From positions 1-41,145 of the IMG/VR virus record IMGVR_UViG_3300048080_000227: a stretch of 41,145 bases of DNA; one strand, given 5' to 3'. Each line of letters opens with the position of its first letter. The stretch's first letter is position 1. Under the pieces are notes generated by a model that was not told the DNA's origin, searched no databases, and saw nothing but the letters and a program-made list of their open reading frames with translations. Shown here in pieces: positions 25,081 to 33,870 of this stretch. This DNA comes from a virus (taxonomy: Duplodnaviria > Caudoviricetes). Position numbers and translations under genes: made by a program.

Positions 25081-25535
25081 ACTGCGACACCGAACCTAAA
25101 GATTGCACGGACCCCGTAGCCATCGACTACGTTTGCAAGTCTTGCCACAAGCCAGGCACGGCGCACTACGAGCGATCCTGCCCGCCATTCCGGCTCGAAA
25201 TCTGGCGCTCCATGCTCGCCTGTAACCGCTGCGCCGATTACCAAAATGCTTTCCGGCGCCTGTCCGAGTCCATCTGGCACACTTGCTACGCGCTGGCGAC
25301 CTTCCGGGCCGGGACGCGAAAGATTGAACTGCTCGACCAAGCGGCCGGCGTTGCGCGAGAAAAACTGGTGGACAAAACGAAAGCGTTCTCAAAAGCCGTG
25401 TGCGATTTCTGGCGGCTCCCGATGGATTGGGAACCGGAATTCGTGCAAGTCCTGCTCGACAAGCCGAAGGAATGTTTCGCCGTGTTGACCCGCTACGCAA
25501 ATGCCGTCAGAGCCGATGCTTCACAACTCCGCTGA
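25077..25535 (+). CDS. Zinc-finger protein next to the initiator (possible helicase-loader analogue)
   Basis: CKSC...CNRC; ATGA-coupled; no P-loop. Confidence 0.55.
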   Translation: MNCDTEPKDCTDPVAIDYVCKSCHKPGTAHYERSCPPFRLEIWRSMLACNRCADYQNAFRRLSESIWHTCYALATFRAGTRKIELLDQAAGVAREKLVDKTKAFSKAVCDFWRLPMDWEPEFVQVLLDKPKECFAVLTRYANAVRADASQLR

Positions 25536-25555
25536 CAACCCGGAACCGGATCGCC

Positions 25556-25783
25556 ATGATTACAGCCGAGCAACTGAACATCGCTCAAAGCGCCATTAAC
25601 TTCCGCCTCGTCGGCAGCCATGACGGGTTGCAAAACTTTCGTGTCACAACTGAAATCCGCGGGCGCAAAGCCGCGATGTATTTTATCGCCACCTTAGAAC
25701 TCGACGCGGAAACGATAATCCAAGCTGTCAACGCGCGGTTCGAGGATCTGCGCAATGAGAAACTGGATCGCCATGTACGCTGA
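25556..25783 (+). CDS. Hypothetical protein
   Basis: ORF in operon. Confidence 0.55.
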   Translation: MITAEQLNIAQSAINFRLVGSHDGLQNFRVTTEIRGRKAAMYFIATLELDAETIIQAVNARFEDLRNEKLDRHVR

Positions 25784-25786
25784 ATT

Positions 25787-26026
25787 ATGAAACCTCGCAT
25801 CGCTCAAATCATCGCTCTCATTGGAATCGCCATCGCTGCCGGGGTCGGCTACTTTTGGGGCAAGAACTCCGTGCCCGTGCTCGGGCCAGGGGACATCGTC
25901 TTCGCCGTCTCACCTCCCGACTACAGGCTCTCCTGGGTGCAAAACAACAGCACCGCCACAATCACCAACATCCGGTGCAGCGAGAGCAACGGCTGGTGGC
26001 GCATCACGTTCAAGACGCTCGAATGA
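25787..26026 (+). CDS. Small exported/membrane protein
   Basis: N-terminal TM/signal segment. Confidence 0.6.
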   Translation: MKPRIAQIIALIGIAIAAGVGYFWGKNSVPVLGPGDIVFAVSPPDYRLSWVQNNSTATITNIRCSESNGWWRITFKTLE

Positions 26027-26340
26027 AACCCATCCACGCCCTCTCCCTCGCCTTGGCTCTCGCTTTCGGCAGCGGCCTTGCCGGCGGCCTTCTCTCCGCG
26101 AAATTCAAGACCGTCCGACAGTCGCAAGTGTTGCACCTCAAGGAACGCCTCGACGGTTACGACAAGGCGTTTTACTCGCTTCTGGATCAATCCGACTCTC
26201 ACTCCAGTAACTTCGTTGTCCACGCCGATACGTTCGTCAGGGTCGTGTCGCTCATCCAGTCCAACGCTTTGTGCGACGCGGGCACGTTCCGGCTGCTGCG
26301 CGATCTCAATGCCCGCGTCGATGCCCTGGAGCGAAAATGA
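26023..26340 (+). CDS. Membrane-anchored coiled-coil protein
   Basis: N-terminal hydrophobic segment; LNARVDALE tail. Confidence 0.6.
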   Translation: MKPIHALSLALALAFGSGLAGGLLSAKFKTVRQSQVLHLKERLDGYDKAFYSLLDQSDSHSSNFVVHADTFVRVVSLIQSNALCDAGTFRLLRDLNARVDALERK

Positions 26341-26966
26341 ACCTGCCCGCTATCCACTGCGCGCACACGCGCCTCGTTGACCTCGCGGCGCTCGTGCCCA
26401 ACCCGCGTCAGGAATCCAAGACACAACGGCACTACCAGAAGAATAAAGAGAGCTACGCAAAATCGCATCGCGCTTACGTTGCGCGAAATCGAGACGCTGT
26501 GCGCAAGTCCAAACGCGCTTGGTACGTGCGGAACAGGGATCGGCTCATACTAACGGCGCGAGTGCGGGCGGCGGCAAGAGGGCCGGAGGAACGCGCCAGA
26601 ATGAGAATCGTAAGCCGAGCATGGAAGAAATCCAACCCAGGAAAAGTCCTTGCTTCTGGCAGGCGTCAAGCCGCCACGGAACACGGCAAGGCGCGAATCA
26701 GATTCAACAATCTTCGGCGTAGGAATGGGAATACCGACATCACGAAGGCAAAACTTGCGGCTCTTGTTCTGGCATTGACCGTCGATGGTAAGCTGCCCTG
26801 CGCTTACTGTTTGCGCGACTGTCTCTTGCGATTCGAGTTTGAACATTTCATCCCGTTGAAAAAAGGCGGTGCGAATACGGTTGGAAATCTGAGGCTGGTA
26901 TGTCCTTCATGCAATCGAAGGAAATCAGCGCGGCTTCCGCTCACACTTTTCGGAGAAACAAGATGA
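26337..26966 (+). CDS. HNH endonuclease with captured ParB-like N-terminus
   Basis: CAYC...EHFIPLxxGG...NLxLxCxSCNxxK; basic helical DNA-binding region; N-terminal CAHTR..LxPNP. Confidence 0.88.
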   Translation: MNLPAIHCAHTRLVDLAALVPNPRQESKTQRHYQKNKESYAKSHRAYVARNRDAVRKSKRAWYVRNRDRLILTARVRAAARGPEERARMRIVSRAWKKSNPGKVLASGRRQAATEHGKARIRFNNLRRRNGNTDITKAKLAALVLALTVDGKLPCAYCLRDCLLRFEFEHFIPLKKGGANTVGNLRLVCPSCNRRKSARLPLTLFGETR

Positions 26967-27643
26967 GTGTCGGCACACAAATCCCGGTATTCTGCGCTCA
27001 TACGAGAATGGCTGCTATTTGTGAATTGCGCCCGCAACCTGTAAATCCTAACAAACATCCGAAAGAGCAAGTTGCCTTGCTGGCGAAAATCATAAACGGC
27101 AACGGATGGCGCAATCCGATAGTGGTATCAACACGGTCTGGTTACATCACGAAAGGTCATGGGCGACTCGAAGCGGCAAAGCTGCTCGGTGTGGAGTGTG
27201 CGCCCGTTGACGACCAGGAGTACGCGAGTGAAGCATTGGAACTTGCCGACGTGTTAGCGGATAACCGAATCGCGGAGCTTTCCGAAACGGATGGAGCGGT
27301 GTTGAAAGACTTTCTCATAAATCTCGATTCTTTGACGGAAGATTTCGACATGGACCTGACCGGGTTCGACGCGATGGAGCTTGAGCGCGTCATCAACTTC
27401 TACCGCGTCGATGGAGACAATGATCCGACGGCAGAGTGGAAGGGGATGCCGGGATTTGAGCAGGATGCAATCAAGCCGGAAACATGGTGCATTCTAAAAT
27501 TCGCAACAGTGAAAGATCGGGATGATTTTGAAACGCTTCTCGGCTATAAACTGCAACACAAAGGGACCACTTATAGCGCGTGGTTCCCGGAAACAGACTT
27601 TGATGGGCTTGGGAAAAACCTTCGATTTGCTCAGGAAAAATGA
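26963..27643 (+). CDS. ParB/Sulfiredoxin N-terminal domain fused to an EWxGMP...WFP domain
   Basis: NPNKHP..Q...L...I..NGWRNPIVV...GHGRLEAAK.LG...LADNRIAELS. Confidence 0.88.
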   Translation: MSVGTQIPVFCAHTRMAAICELRPQPVNPNKHPKEQVALLAKIINGNGWRNPIVVSTRSGYITKGHGRLEAAKLLGVECAPVDDQEYASEALELADVLADNRIAELSETDGAVLKDFLINLDSLTEDFDMDLTGFDAMELERVINFYRVDGDNDPTAEWKGMPGFEQDAIKPETWCILKFATVKDRDDFETLLGYKLQHKGTTYSAWFPETDFDGLGKNLRFAQEK

Positions 27644-28473
27644 ATCCCGAATTTCCAGTTTACATTATCTCAAAAGGCCGCTGGCAGTCCAGATTGACGA
27701 GCAAGGAGCTTGAGGAAATTGGTGTACCGTACCGAATCGTAATCGAGCCGCAGGAATTCAAGCAGTACGCCGCAGTCATCGATCCGAAGCAAATTCTCCT
27801 CCTACCCTTTAGCAATCTTGGCCAAGGCTCGATCCCGGCCCGCAACTGGATTTGGGAACATTCAATCTCTGAAGGTTACGAACGCCATTGGATTCTTGAC
27901 GATAACTTGCGTTGGTTCGCCCGCAATCATAGGAACAAAAAAATCAGGATGGCAGACGGAACAAGCTTTAGGGTCATTGAGGACTTTGCTAATCGTTACG
28001 AGAACGTCGCCGTGGCGGGGATGAATTATGAGATGTTCACGATCAATTCTGAGAAGTTCTCTGTCGCTGTCTTTAATACGCGAGTGTATTCCTGCATGCT
28101 GATTCTGAACCGAATCCCCTATCGCTGGCGCGGTCGTTACAATGAGGATACGGACTTGTCACTTCGAGTTTTGAAAGATGGTTGGTGTACTTTTTTATCA
28201 AACCAGTTTGTCTGTAAAAAGATGGCAACGCTCACAATGAAAGGCGGTAATACCGACGAACTTTACAAAGGCGATGGACGTTTGCGAATGGCGCGGAGCC
28301 TTGCCGAGCAGCATCCCGACGTTGTACGGGTAACGCGCAAATGGGGCCGCTGGCAGCATCACGTTGATTATCGACCCTTCAAGCGCAATAAACTGATTCG
28401 CAAGCCGGGCCTCGTTATCCCGGATGAACCAAACGAATACGGGATGAAACTCGTGCAACTCGATGCCCGCTGA
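27640..28473 (+). CDS. TET-associated / GREB1-like glycosyltransferase (DNA base modification)
   Basis: PVYIISKGR...VIEPQE...PARNWIWEHS...HWILDDN...WRGRYNEDTDLSLR...KGGNT...HHVDY. Confidence 0.85.
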   Translation: MNPEFPVYIISKGRWQSRLTSKELEEIGVPYRIVIEPQEFKQYAAVIDPKQILLLPFSNLGQGSIPARNWIWEHSISEGYERHWILDDNLRWFARNHRNKKIRMADGTSFRVIEDFANRYENVAVAGMNYEMFTINSEKFSVAVFNTRVYSCMLILNRIPYRWRGRYNEDTDLSLRVLKDGWCTFLSNQFVCKKMATLTMKGGNTDELYKGDGRLRMARSLAEQHPDVVRVTRKWGRWQHHVDYRPFKRNKLIRKPGLVIPDEPNEYGMKLVQLDAR

Positions 28474-28681
28474 AAACACAATCTCCTGCACGGCGCGCGT
28501 CGAATTGAAAAAGAGGATCGATCTCAACATGAAACGAATGATCGCCGACGCTCGCAAACACGGCCCGCCAAAAGTCACCCGTCTGTCCGACGCGCAGATC
28601 GCCGATTACATAATGCTTGCCACGACAATTGACCTCATCAGGGAATGTCTTGCTGACATCGAAGCGGGTGATTTACCTTGA
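28463..28681 (+). CDS. Hypothetical protein
   Basis: 72 aa helical ORF before terS. Confidence 0.5.
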   Translation: MPAENTISCTARVELKKRIDLNMKRMIADARKHGPPKVTRLSDAQIADYIMLATTIDLIRECLADIEAGDLP

Positions 28682-28714
28682 CACGATTCGCCGTTTCCCT
28701 CTAACAACCCCGCC

Positions 28715-29245
28715 ATGCCTGGTGTCGTTCCCACTCGTGCTGAAGTCGAAGACCGAATCGAAGCCGCCGGCCAGTTCTGGGCTGCCGGCCTCACCACCGG
28801 CCAACTCAAGACGGCCATGCGTGAGAAGTTCGGCTCGCTCGACCATGCCACCTGCCTTCGATACCTGGCACGCGCGCGGAAACGCTGGGCTGCCGAGATG
28901 GCTTTAACGCCGAGGCAGCGCCAAGCGCAACGGGGCGAGGCGATTGAATTCTACCGCCAGCGGCTCCGCGATTCCAAGACCAGTGACCGTGTGAAAGTGA
29001 TGGCCCGCGAGCGCATCGACTCCCTGCTGGGCCTTGACGCTCCGATCCGAACGGAGTTGAGTGGCCCCGATGGAAAGCCAATCGCTGTTGAAGCCGTCAA
29101 GCGCGTCCCCATCGACTTCGGCGCTATGGACAGAATTCAGCGCCGACTGCTCGGCGTACCTGACCCGGACGGTAACGGAGAATCCGTTCATCCCGCACCG
29201 CCCGACGCCACGCCAGGCGGCGGCGTTGGCGGTAACGGGCACTGA
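28715..29245 (+). CDS. terS: Terminase small subunit
   Basis: N-terminal HTH; LLGLDAP..TELSGPDGKPI motif; directly upstream of terL. Confidence 0.8.
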   Translation: MPGVVPTRAEVEDRIEAAGQFWAAGLTTGQLKTAMREKFGSLDHATCLRYLARARKRWAAEMALTPRQRQAQRGEAIEFYRQRLRDSKTSDRVKVMARERIDSLLGLDAPIRTELSGPDGKPIAVEAVKRVPIDFGAMDRIQRRLLGVPDPDGNGESVHPAPPDATPGGGVGGNGH

Positions 29246-30410
29246 GCTTCTGTTCGGTGGGGCCGCGGGCGGGGGCAAGAGCGATGTCCTCTTGATGGGC
29301 GCGTTGCAGTTCGTGGACGTGCCGGGCTATGCGGCGCTGCTTCTCCGACGCACCTTCTCAGACCTTGAGAAGCCCGAGTCTCTCATCCCCCGCTCGCACG
29401 AATGGCTCGGCCCCACTCCGGCGCGCTGGCACGGCACGAGCCGCCACTGGTCTTTCCCGTCAGGGGCGACGCTCTCCTTCGGGCATCTCGACACCGACAA
29501 CGATGTTTACCAATACCAGTCCGCCGCCTACCAGTTCATCGGCTTCGACGAACTGACCCAGTTCAACGATTGGCAGTTCCGCTACCTGTTCTCCCGCCTG
29601 CGCCGGCCGGAGGGCATGAACGTCCCGCTTCGGATGCGGGCCGGGTCAAACCCCGGCGGCATCGGCCATCGCTGGGTGAAGGAGCGGTTCATCCGCGAAG
29701 GTCGGCGCGAAGGCCGATGGTTCATTCCGTCCCGGCTCGCGGACAATCCGTTCATCGACCAGGTTGCCTACCGCGCCAGCCTCGCCAAGCTCGACCACAT
29801 CACGCGCCGCCAGCTTGAGGACGGCGACTGGGAAGTCACCGAAGGCGGGCTGCTGTTCAAACGGCACTGGTTCGAGATCGTCGCCGAGGCTCCGCGAGAC
29901 GCACGGCGCGTGCGCTACTGGGACCTGGCCGCGACGAAAAAGAAGGACGGCAACGATCCGGACTGGACCGCCGGGGCGCTCATCGCCCGCACCGCTGACG
30001 GCGTTCACTTCATCGAGGACATCCGGCACAACCGGGACGCGCCGCTTGAGGTCGAGCGGCTCATCGCGCAGACCGCTGCGCTTGACGGCCCCGCTGTCGA
30101 GGTCGTCATGGAGCAGGAGCCGGGGGCCTCGGGCGTCATCACCATCGATCACTATCGCCGCCGGGTTCTCTCAGGCTTCGACTTCCACGAGCACAAGAGC
30201 GACGCGAACAAGCTCATCCGCGCGCGCCCACTGTCCAGCGCAGCCGAGGCTGGCAACGTCAAGTTGGTTTGTGCCACGTGGAACAATGCATTTCTTGACG
30301 AGGTAGAACTGTTCCCGACGCCTGGCGAGCATGACGACATGGTAGACGCCGCGAGCGGGGCGCATGAGCGGCTGAACGCAGGCAACCGATTCTTCGTGAT
30401 GTCAGGATAA
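29061..30410 (+). CDS. terL: Terminase large subunit (start uncertain; overlaps terS)
   Basis: Walker A GGAAGGGKS, Walker B FIGFDELTQF, SNPGG, nuclease YWDLA and HDDMVDA. Confidence 0.96.
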   Translation: MAPMESQSLLKPSSASPSTSALWTEFSADCSAYLTRTVTENPFIPHRPTPRQAAALAVTGTELLFGGAAGGGKSDVLLMGALQFVDVPGYAALLLRRTFSDLEKPESLIPRSHEWLGPTPARWHGTSRHWSFPSGATLSFGHLDTDNDVYQYQSAAYQFIGFDELTQFNDWQFRYLFSRLRRPEGMNVPLRMRAGSNPGGIGHRWVKERFIREGRREGRWFIPSRLADNPFIDQVAYRASLAKLDHITRRQLEDGDWEVTEGGLLFKRHWFEIVAEAPRDARRVRYWDLAATKKKDGNDPDWTAGALIARTADGVHFIEDIRHNRDAPLEVERLIAQTAALDGPAVEVVMEQEPGASGVITIDHYRRRVLSGFDFHEHKSDANKLIRARPLSSAAEAGNVKLVCATWNNAFLDEVELFPTPGEHDDMVDAASGAHERLNAGNRFFVMSG

Positions 30411-30557
30411 CAAGGACTTCCGTTTGGCCCAGTCCAGACCGTGCTTGGCGAAATAGTTCTTTGCGATCTGTTTGAAACTGGGCGGCGGACGCGGGCAATC
30501 AGGAGGTAAAAACTGGTACAATTCCTCGCGGCTCCATTTCTTGCGTGACTTTTTCAC
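30402..30557 (-). CDS. Possible small basic protein antisense to the late operon
   Basis: GTG-KKSRKKWSREELYQF...; frame open upstream to beyond 30611. Confidence 0.35.
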   Translation of the reverse strand: MKKSRKKWSREELYQFLPPDCPRPPPSFKQIAKNYFAKHGLDWAKRKSLLS

Positions 30558-30719
30558 CCCGCAATCATGAGGCACAAAGGGTGCCAAGTCAAAGGGTATA
30601 ATCCGCGACATTATACCTTGAACGCCAGGAATCGTGATGTCAGGTTGAGACGCGACGGGAGCACACCTTCTGGATTCTTCAAAGGGACATTAAAAAAGAG
30701 AATTGTCCCGAACTGCCCA

Positions 30720-30887
30720 CAAGCACCCACGAACGGCCGCCAAGCACGGGATTTTGACCGCCAAGCAGGAATTTCCACCCCGCAAGCAGGAATTTCCGAC
30801 TGCCAAGCAGCTTTTTGAAGCCTCCAAGCAGGAATTTCAGGTACCCAAGCAGGTTTTCGCGTTTGGCAATCAGAAAAGAGGTATTGA
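30720..30887. repeat. Eight-unit tandem array with exact 21-bp period (core CAAGCA)
   Basis: CAAGCA at 30720, 30741, 30762, 30783, 30804, 30825, 30846; CAATCA at 30867. Confidence 0.93.
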
Positions 30888-30960
30888 CACGCATTGTCCT
30901 ACGGAGTAGACGCGGATTGTCCGACCCGGTTTGACAATGCAAGTCCAAGTCGCGTGAATG
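30884..30960 (+). promoter_or_regulatory. Candidate late promoter(s): two TTGACA boxes with poor -10 elements
   Basis: TTGACA at 30884 and 30931 upstream of the portal ATG at 31020. Confidence 0.4.
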
Positions 30961-31019
30961 AACTTTTCCTCAGCGCACTTCTGCTTTTCGCCGCGCCCCA
31001 CAGGGACGGTGGCGACGCC

Positions 31020-33173
31020 ATGAACCTTGGCCAACGCATCCGCGCCGCGTTCGGCCTGGTCCTCAAAGGCTCGCTCGGCCCGCTCGAAGGCGACTTCAAC
31101 CGGCTCATCGACTACTCCGGCATGTCGGGCGCGAGCCTCAAGGAGCCGTACAAGAATTCGCCGTGGGTTCAGCGGGCGATCAAGCTCGTGGCGTTGCCGA
31201 TTCAGGAAGTGCCCCTGCGAATCTCGACGGACGAACGCGGAGGCCGACAACTCCTCAACGACAAGGAACTGAATCGCTATTGGGAATCGCCTGCGCTCGG
31301 GCCGGACAAGCGCCCGCTCGCCTTCGCCGACGTGATCGAATCCTCCGTGGGTTGGCTCAAGCTGGCCGGGGAACTATTCTGGTTGCTCGACGACACCATC
31401 TTTGCATCGCGCGAGAACCTGCCATTCCCGGAAGCCGGCTTGAGCTTCCCGCGATTCGTGATCGCCAAGCCCGACCAGATGAAGGCGCTCACCGGGCGCA
31501 CGGACAACGCACTGCTCGGCTGGGAATGGAGTGACGGCAAGGGCCGCAAGGTGACGCTGGACCAGGCGCAAGTCGTCCACATCCGATTCTGGAATCCATA
31601 CGACGACCTGCGCGGGCTGTCGGAGTACGCCGCCGCCGCGATTGCCGCCGAGGGCGACTACCTGGCGGGCGTCCTCAAGCGAAACGTGATGAAGGCGAAC
31701 GGGGACCAGGGCCAGATCGTCGGCGTCAAGACACCTCTCGACGACACGCAACGCAAGCAACTTGAGGCGCAGTTGCGCGAGAAGCGCGAGCTTGCGGCTC
31801 GCGGGATTTACAAAACGATCTTCCTCGGCAGCGACATCACGGTCGCCGATGCAAAGCTGAACATCGTCGATTCCTCATTCCCGTTGGTGCGAGCGGAGGA
31901 CCGACATGCCGTGGCTATCGCCTTCGGCGTACCGCCCAGCATGTTCGAAGTGACTGCGAGCTACTCGATTGGCTCGGCGTCCGACCGCTACCGGCTCATC
32001 GTGGACACGTCGATGCCAACGGGACGAAAACTCACAGAGGCCATCGAAAGCATCGTAAACCTCCAACGGCCGGGCAAGACCCTGTTCGCCTGGTTCGACT
32101 GGCGACAGCATCAGGTGATGCAGCAGGTACTTCGGGAGCTTATCGAGCCGGCTTCCAAACTTTGGGATCGCGGGATGTCGTGGGAGACGATCTCCGAATG
32201 GCTTGCGCTCAATCTGCCGGAGTTCGACGGGCGCGACGTGGCCTACCTGCCATTCAGCGCCACGCCGCTATCGCAGGTCGGCATGGATACCACAGAGGAC
32301 TTCAACGAGCCGTTGTCCGACGAGGAAGAAAAGATGCTTGGTTGCTCGACGCACTCCGGCAATGGCGATGCCGTGTGGAAGCGGCCCGCCGCCGAGATCA
32401 AGCAGTGGCGCTCGCACATGAACGCCCGGCTCACTACGATCAAGCGGTACGAGAACGCCTTCAACAGGGAGCTATTCAAAGCGCGGAAGGAAACGCTCGC
32501 CAAGCTGAACGCGCTGGCCTCCCCGATCGTCGATGGGCCGGAGCGGAAGGACGGCGGGGCCGCGGCGGACTTCATTTTCGATCTGGCGAAGTGGCGCGGC
32601 GGGCTGCTCGGCGCGATGCGAAAGGAAGGACGGCTGGCGCTCGACACCGCGGGCCGGCAGTTGCTCTTGGAAATCGGCATCGACGATCCTTGGAAGTACC
32701 CGCCTGAGAAGGCGCTGACATGGCTGGCTCGGCGCGACTTGATTCTGAGCAAGACGAGCGAGGATATTTCGCGCCAGGTCCGTGATGTTATCGCCGGAGG
32801 GTTAGAGAAGGGCGATTCCATCGGCCAGATCTCCAATGCCGTGCGCGATGAGTTCAACGGTATCTCAAAGGCGCGCGCCAAGACGATTGCCGTGACAGAG
32901 ACGGCCGGCGCCTACGGCGAGGCGCGGCAGGAGGCCATGACGGACAGCGACATCCCGTTCAAGAAATGGCTGTCGAGTGGAGGGAGCAACGTGCGGCCGA
33001 CGCACCAGGAAGCCAACGGGCAGGTCGTGCGCGTCGAGGAACCCTTCGAGGTCGGCGAGTATCAGCTAATGGGGCCGGGCGATCCGAGCCTCGGGGCCGG
33101 GCCGGAGGAAATTATCAACTGCCACTGCGTTGCAATCGCGGTGAGCAAAGAGACGGGAGAGATCGAGGCATGA
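31020..33173 (+). CDS. Portal protein fused to Mu gpF / SPP1 gp7-like head morphogenesis domain
   Basis: VVHIRFWNPYDDLRGLS, AFGVPP portal motifs; C-terminal RAxTIAxTET...KKW...RPTH...NGQ...PGDP...INCHC. Confidence 0.92.
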   Translation: MNLGQRIRAAFGLVLKGSLGPLEGDFNRLIDYSGMSGASLKEPYKNSPWVQRAIKLVALPIQEVPLRISTDERGGRQLLNDKELNRYWESPALGPDKRPLAFADVIESSVGWLKLAGELFWLLDDTIFASRENLPFPEAGLSFPRFVIAKPDQMKALTGRTDNALLGWEWSDGKGRKVTLDQAQVVHIRFWNPYDDLRGLSEYAAAAIAAEGDYLAGVLKRNVMKANGDQGQIVGVKTPLDDTQRKQLEAQLREKRELAARGIYKTIFLGSDITVADAKLNIVDSSFPLVRAEDRHAVAIAFGVPPSMFEVTASYSIGSASDRYRLIVDTSMPTGRKLTEAIESIVNLQRPGKTLFAWFDWRQHQVMQQVLRELIEPASKLWDRGMSWETISEWLALNLPEFDGRDVAYLPFSATPLSQVGMDTTEDFNEPLSDEEEKMLGCSTHSGNGDAVWKRPAAEIKQWRSHMNARLTTIKRYENAFNRELFKARKETLAKLNALASPIVDGPERKDGGAAADFIFDLAKWRGGLLGAMRKEGRLALDTAGRQLLLEIGIDDPWKYPPEKALTWLARRDLILSKTSEDISRQVRDVIAGGLEKGDSIGQISNAVRDEFNGISKARAKTIAVTETAGAYGEARQEAMTDSDIPFKKWLSSGGSNVRPTHQEANGQVVRVEEPFEVGEYQLMGPGDPSLGAGPEEIINCHCVAIAVSKETGEIEA

Positions 33174-33865
33174 ATACCCTGCGCCGCACGCTCCATCCCG
33201 AGGTTAGGATTCTCGACGCCACCAAAGGGATTTCACAGTACGTGGCCAGCGACGAAACTCTCGATTCCTACAAGGAAGTGATTCGCGCGTCAGGCTGGCG
33301 CTTCGACAATTTCGAGCGCAATGCCGCGTTCGTGGACTCCCACGATTACAGCAGCATCGCCAAGCGCCTCGGGTCAGTGCTCGATTTCAAGGTTGAGAAA
33401 AAGAAGCTCGTCGAAACCGTCCAGTGGGCCATCGACGTGGCAGAGAACACGCTCGCTCAATTCGGTTTCAAGATGCTGGCCGCTGGACATCTGCCGGCCG
33501 TGTCGGTTGGATTCTGGCCGGTCAAGACTGTCTCCAAGTTCGACCAGGACAAGACGCAGTATGACAAGGAGCTTGCCCGGCTTGGATTGGATGAATCTGA
33601 CGAGACGCAGAGGCCGCGCACGATTTACCTTGAGCAGCAGCAAGTGGAGTTGTCCGCCGTCATCATCGGCGCGAACCCGAACGCGCTCGCGCGCGCCTAC
33701 AAGGCGGGCATCCTCGACGACGCCACGCTGGACATGATTTCCGAGAAACAAGCCGAACGTAACAGCAGGGTAGCGGTCACTCAGGACTCGCAGGCCGCCG
33801 CCCATCGCGCGAGTCAGCGCCGGAAGTTTCTGGAACAAATCCACACCATAACCAAACGACTCTGA
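33170..33865 (+). CDS. Prohead (maturation) protease
   Basis: ASDETLD..xEVI..SGW, DSHDY, AVSVGF, ELSAVxIGANPNAL. Confidence 0.88.
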   Translation: MNTLRRTLHPEVRILDATKGISQYVASDETLDSYKEVIRASGWRFDNFERNAAFVDSHDYSSIAKRLGSVLDFKVEKKKLVETVQWAIDVAENTLAQFGFKMLAAGHLPAVSVGFWPVKTVSKFDQDKTQYDKELARLGLDESDETQRPRTIYLEQQQVELSAVIIGANPNALARAYKAGILDDATLDMISEKQAERNSRVAVTQDSQAAAHRASQRRKFLEQIHTITKRL

Positions 33866-33870
33866 CTCCC

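Noticed and set aside
26963-27643. Plasmid-prophage ParABS partition system
   Set aside because: No ParA and no HTH after the ParB-N domain; context fits modification/packaging-associated ParB
30720-30887. CRISPR or TIGR array
   Set aside because: Unit is 21 bp with only a 6-8 bp constant core, too short for either; no Cas or Nop-domain Tas gene recognised
30703-30909. 68-aa KQEF heptad-repeat ORF (and antisense KFLLG ORF 30679-30948)
   Set aside because: Weak start and nucleotide-level rather than codon-level conservation; probably by-products of the DNA repeat
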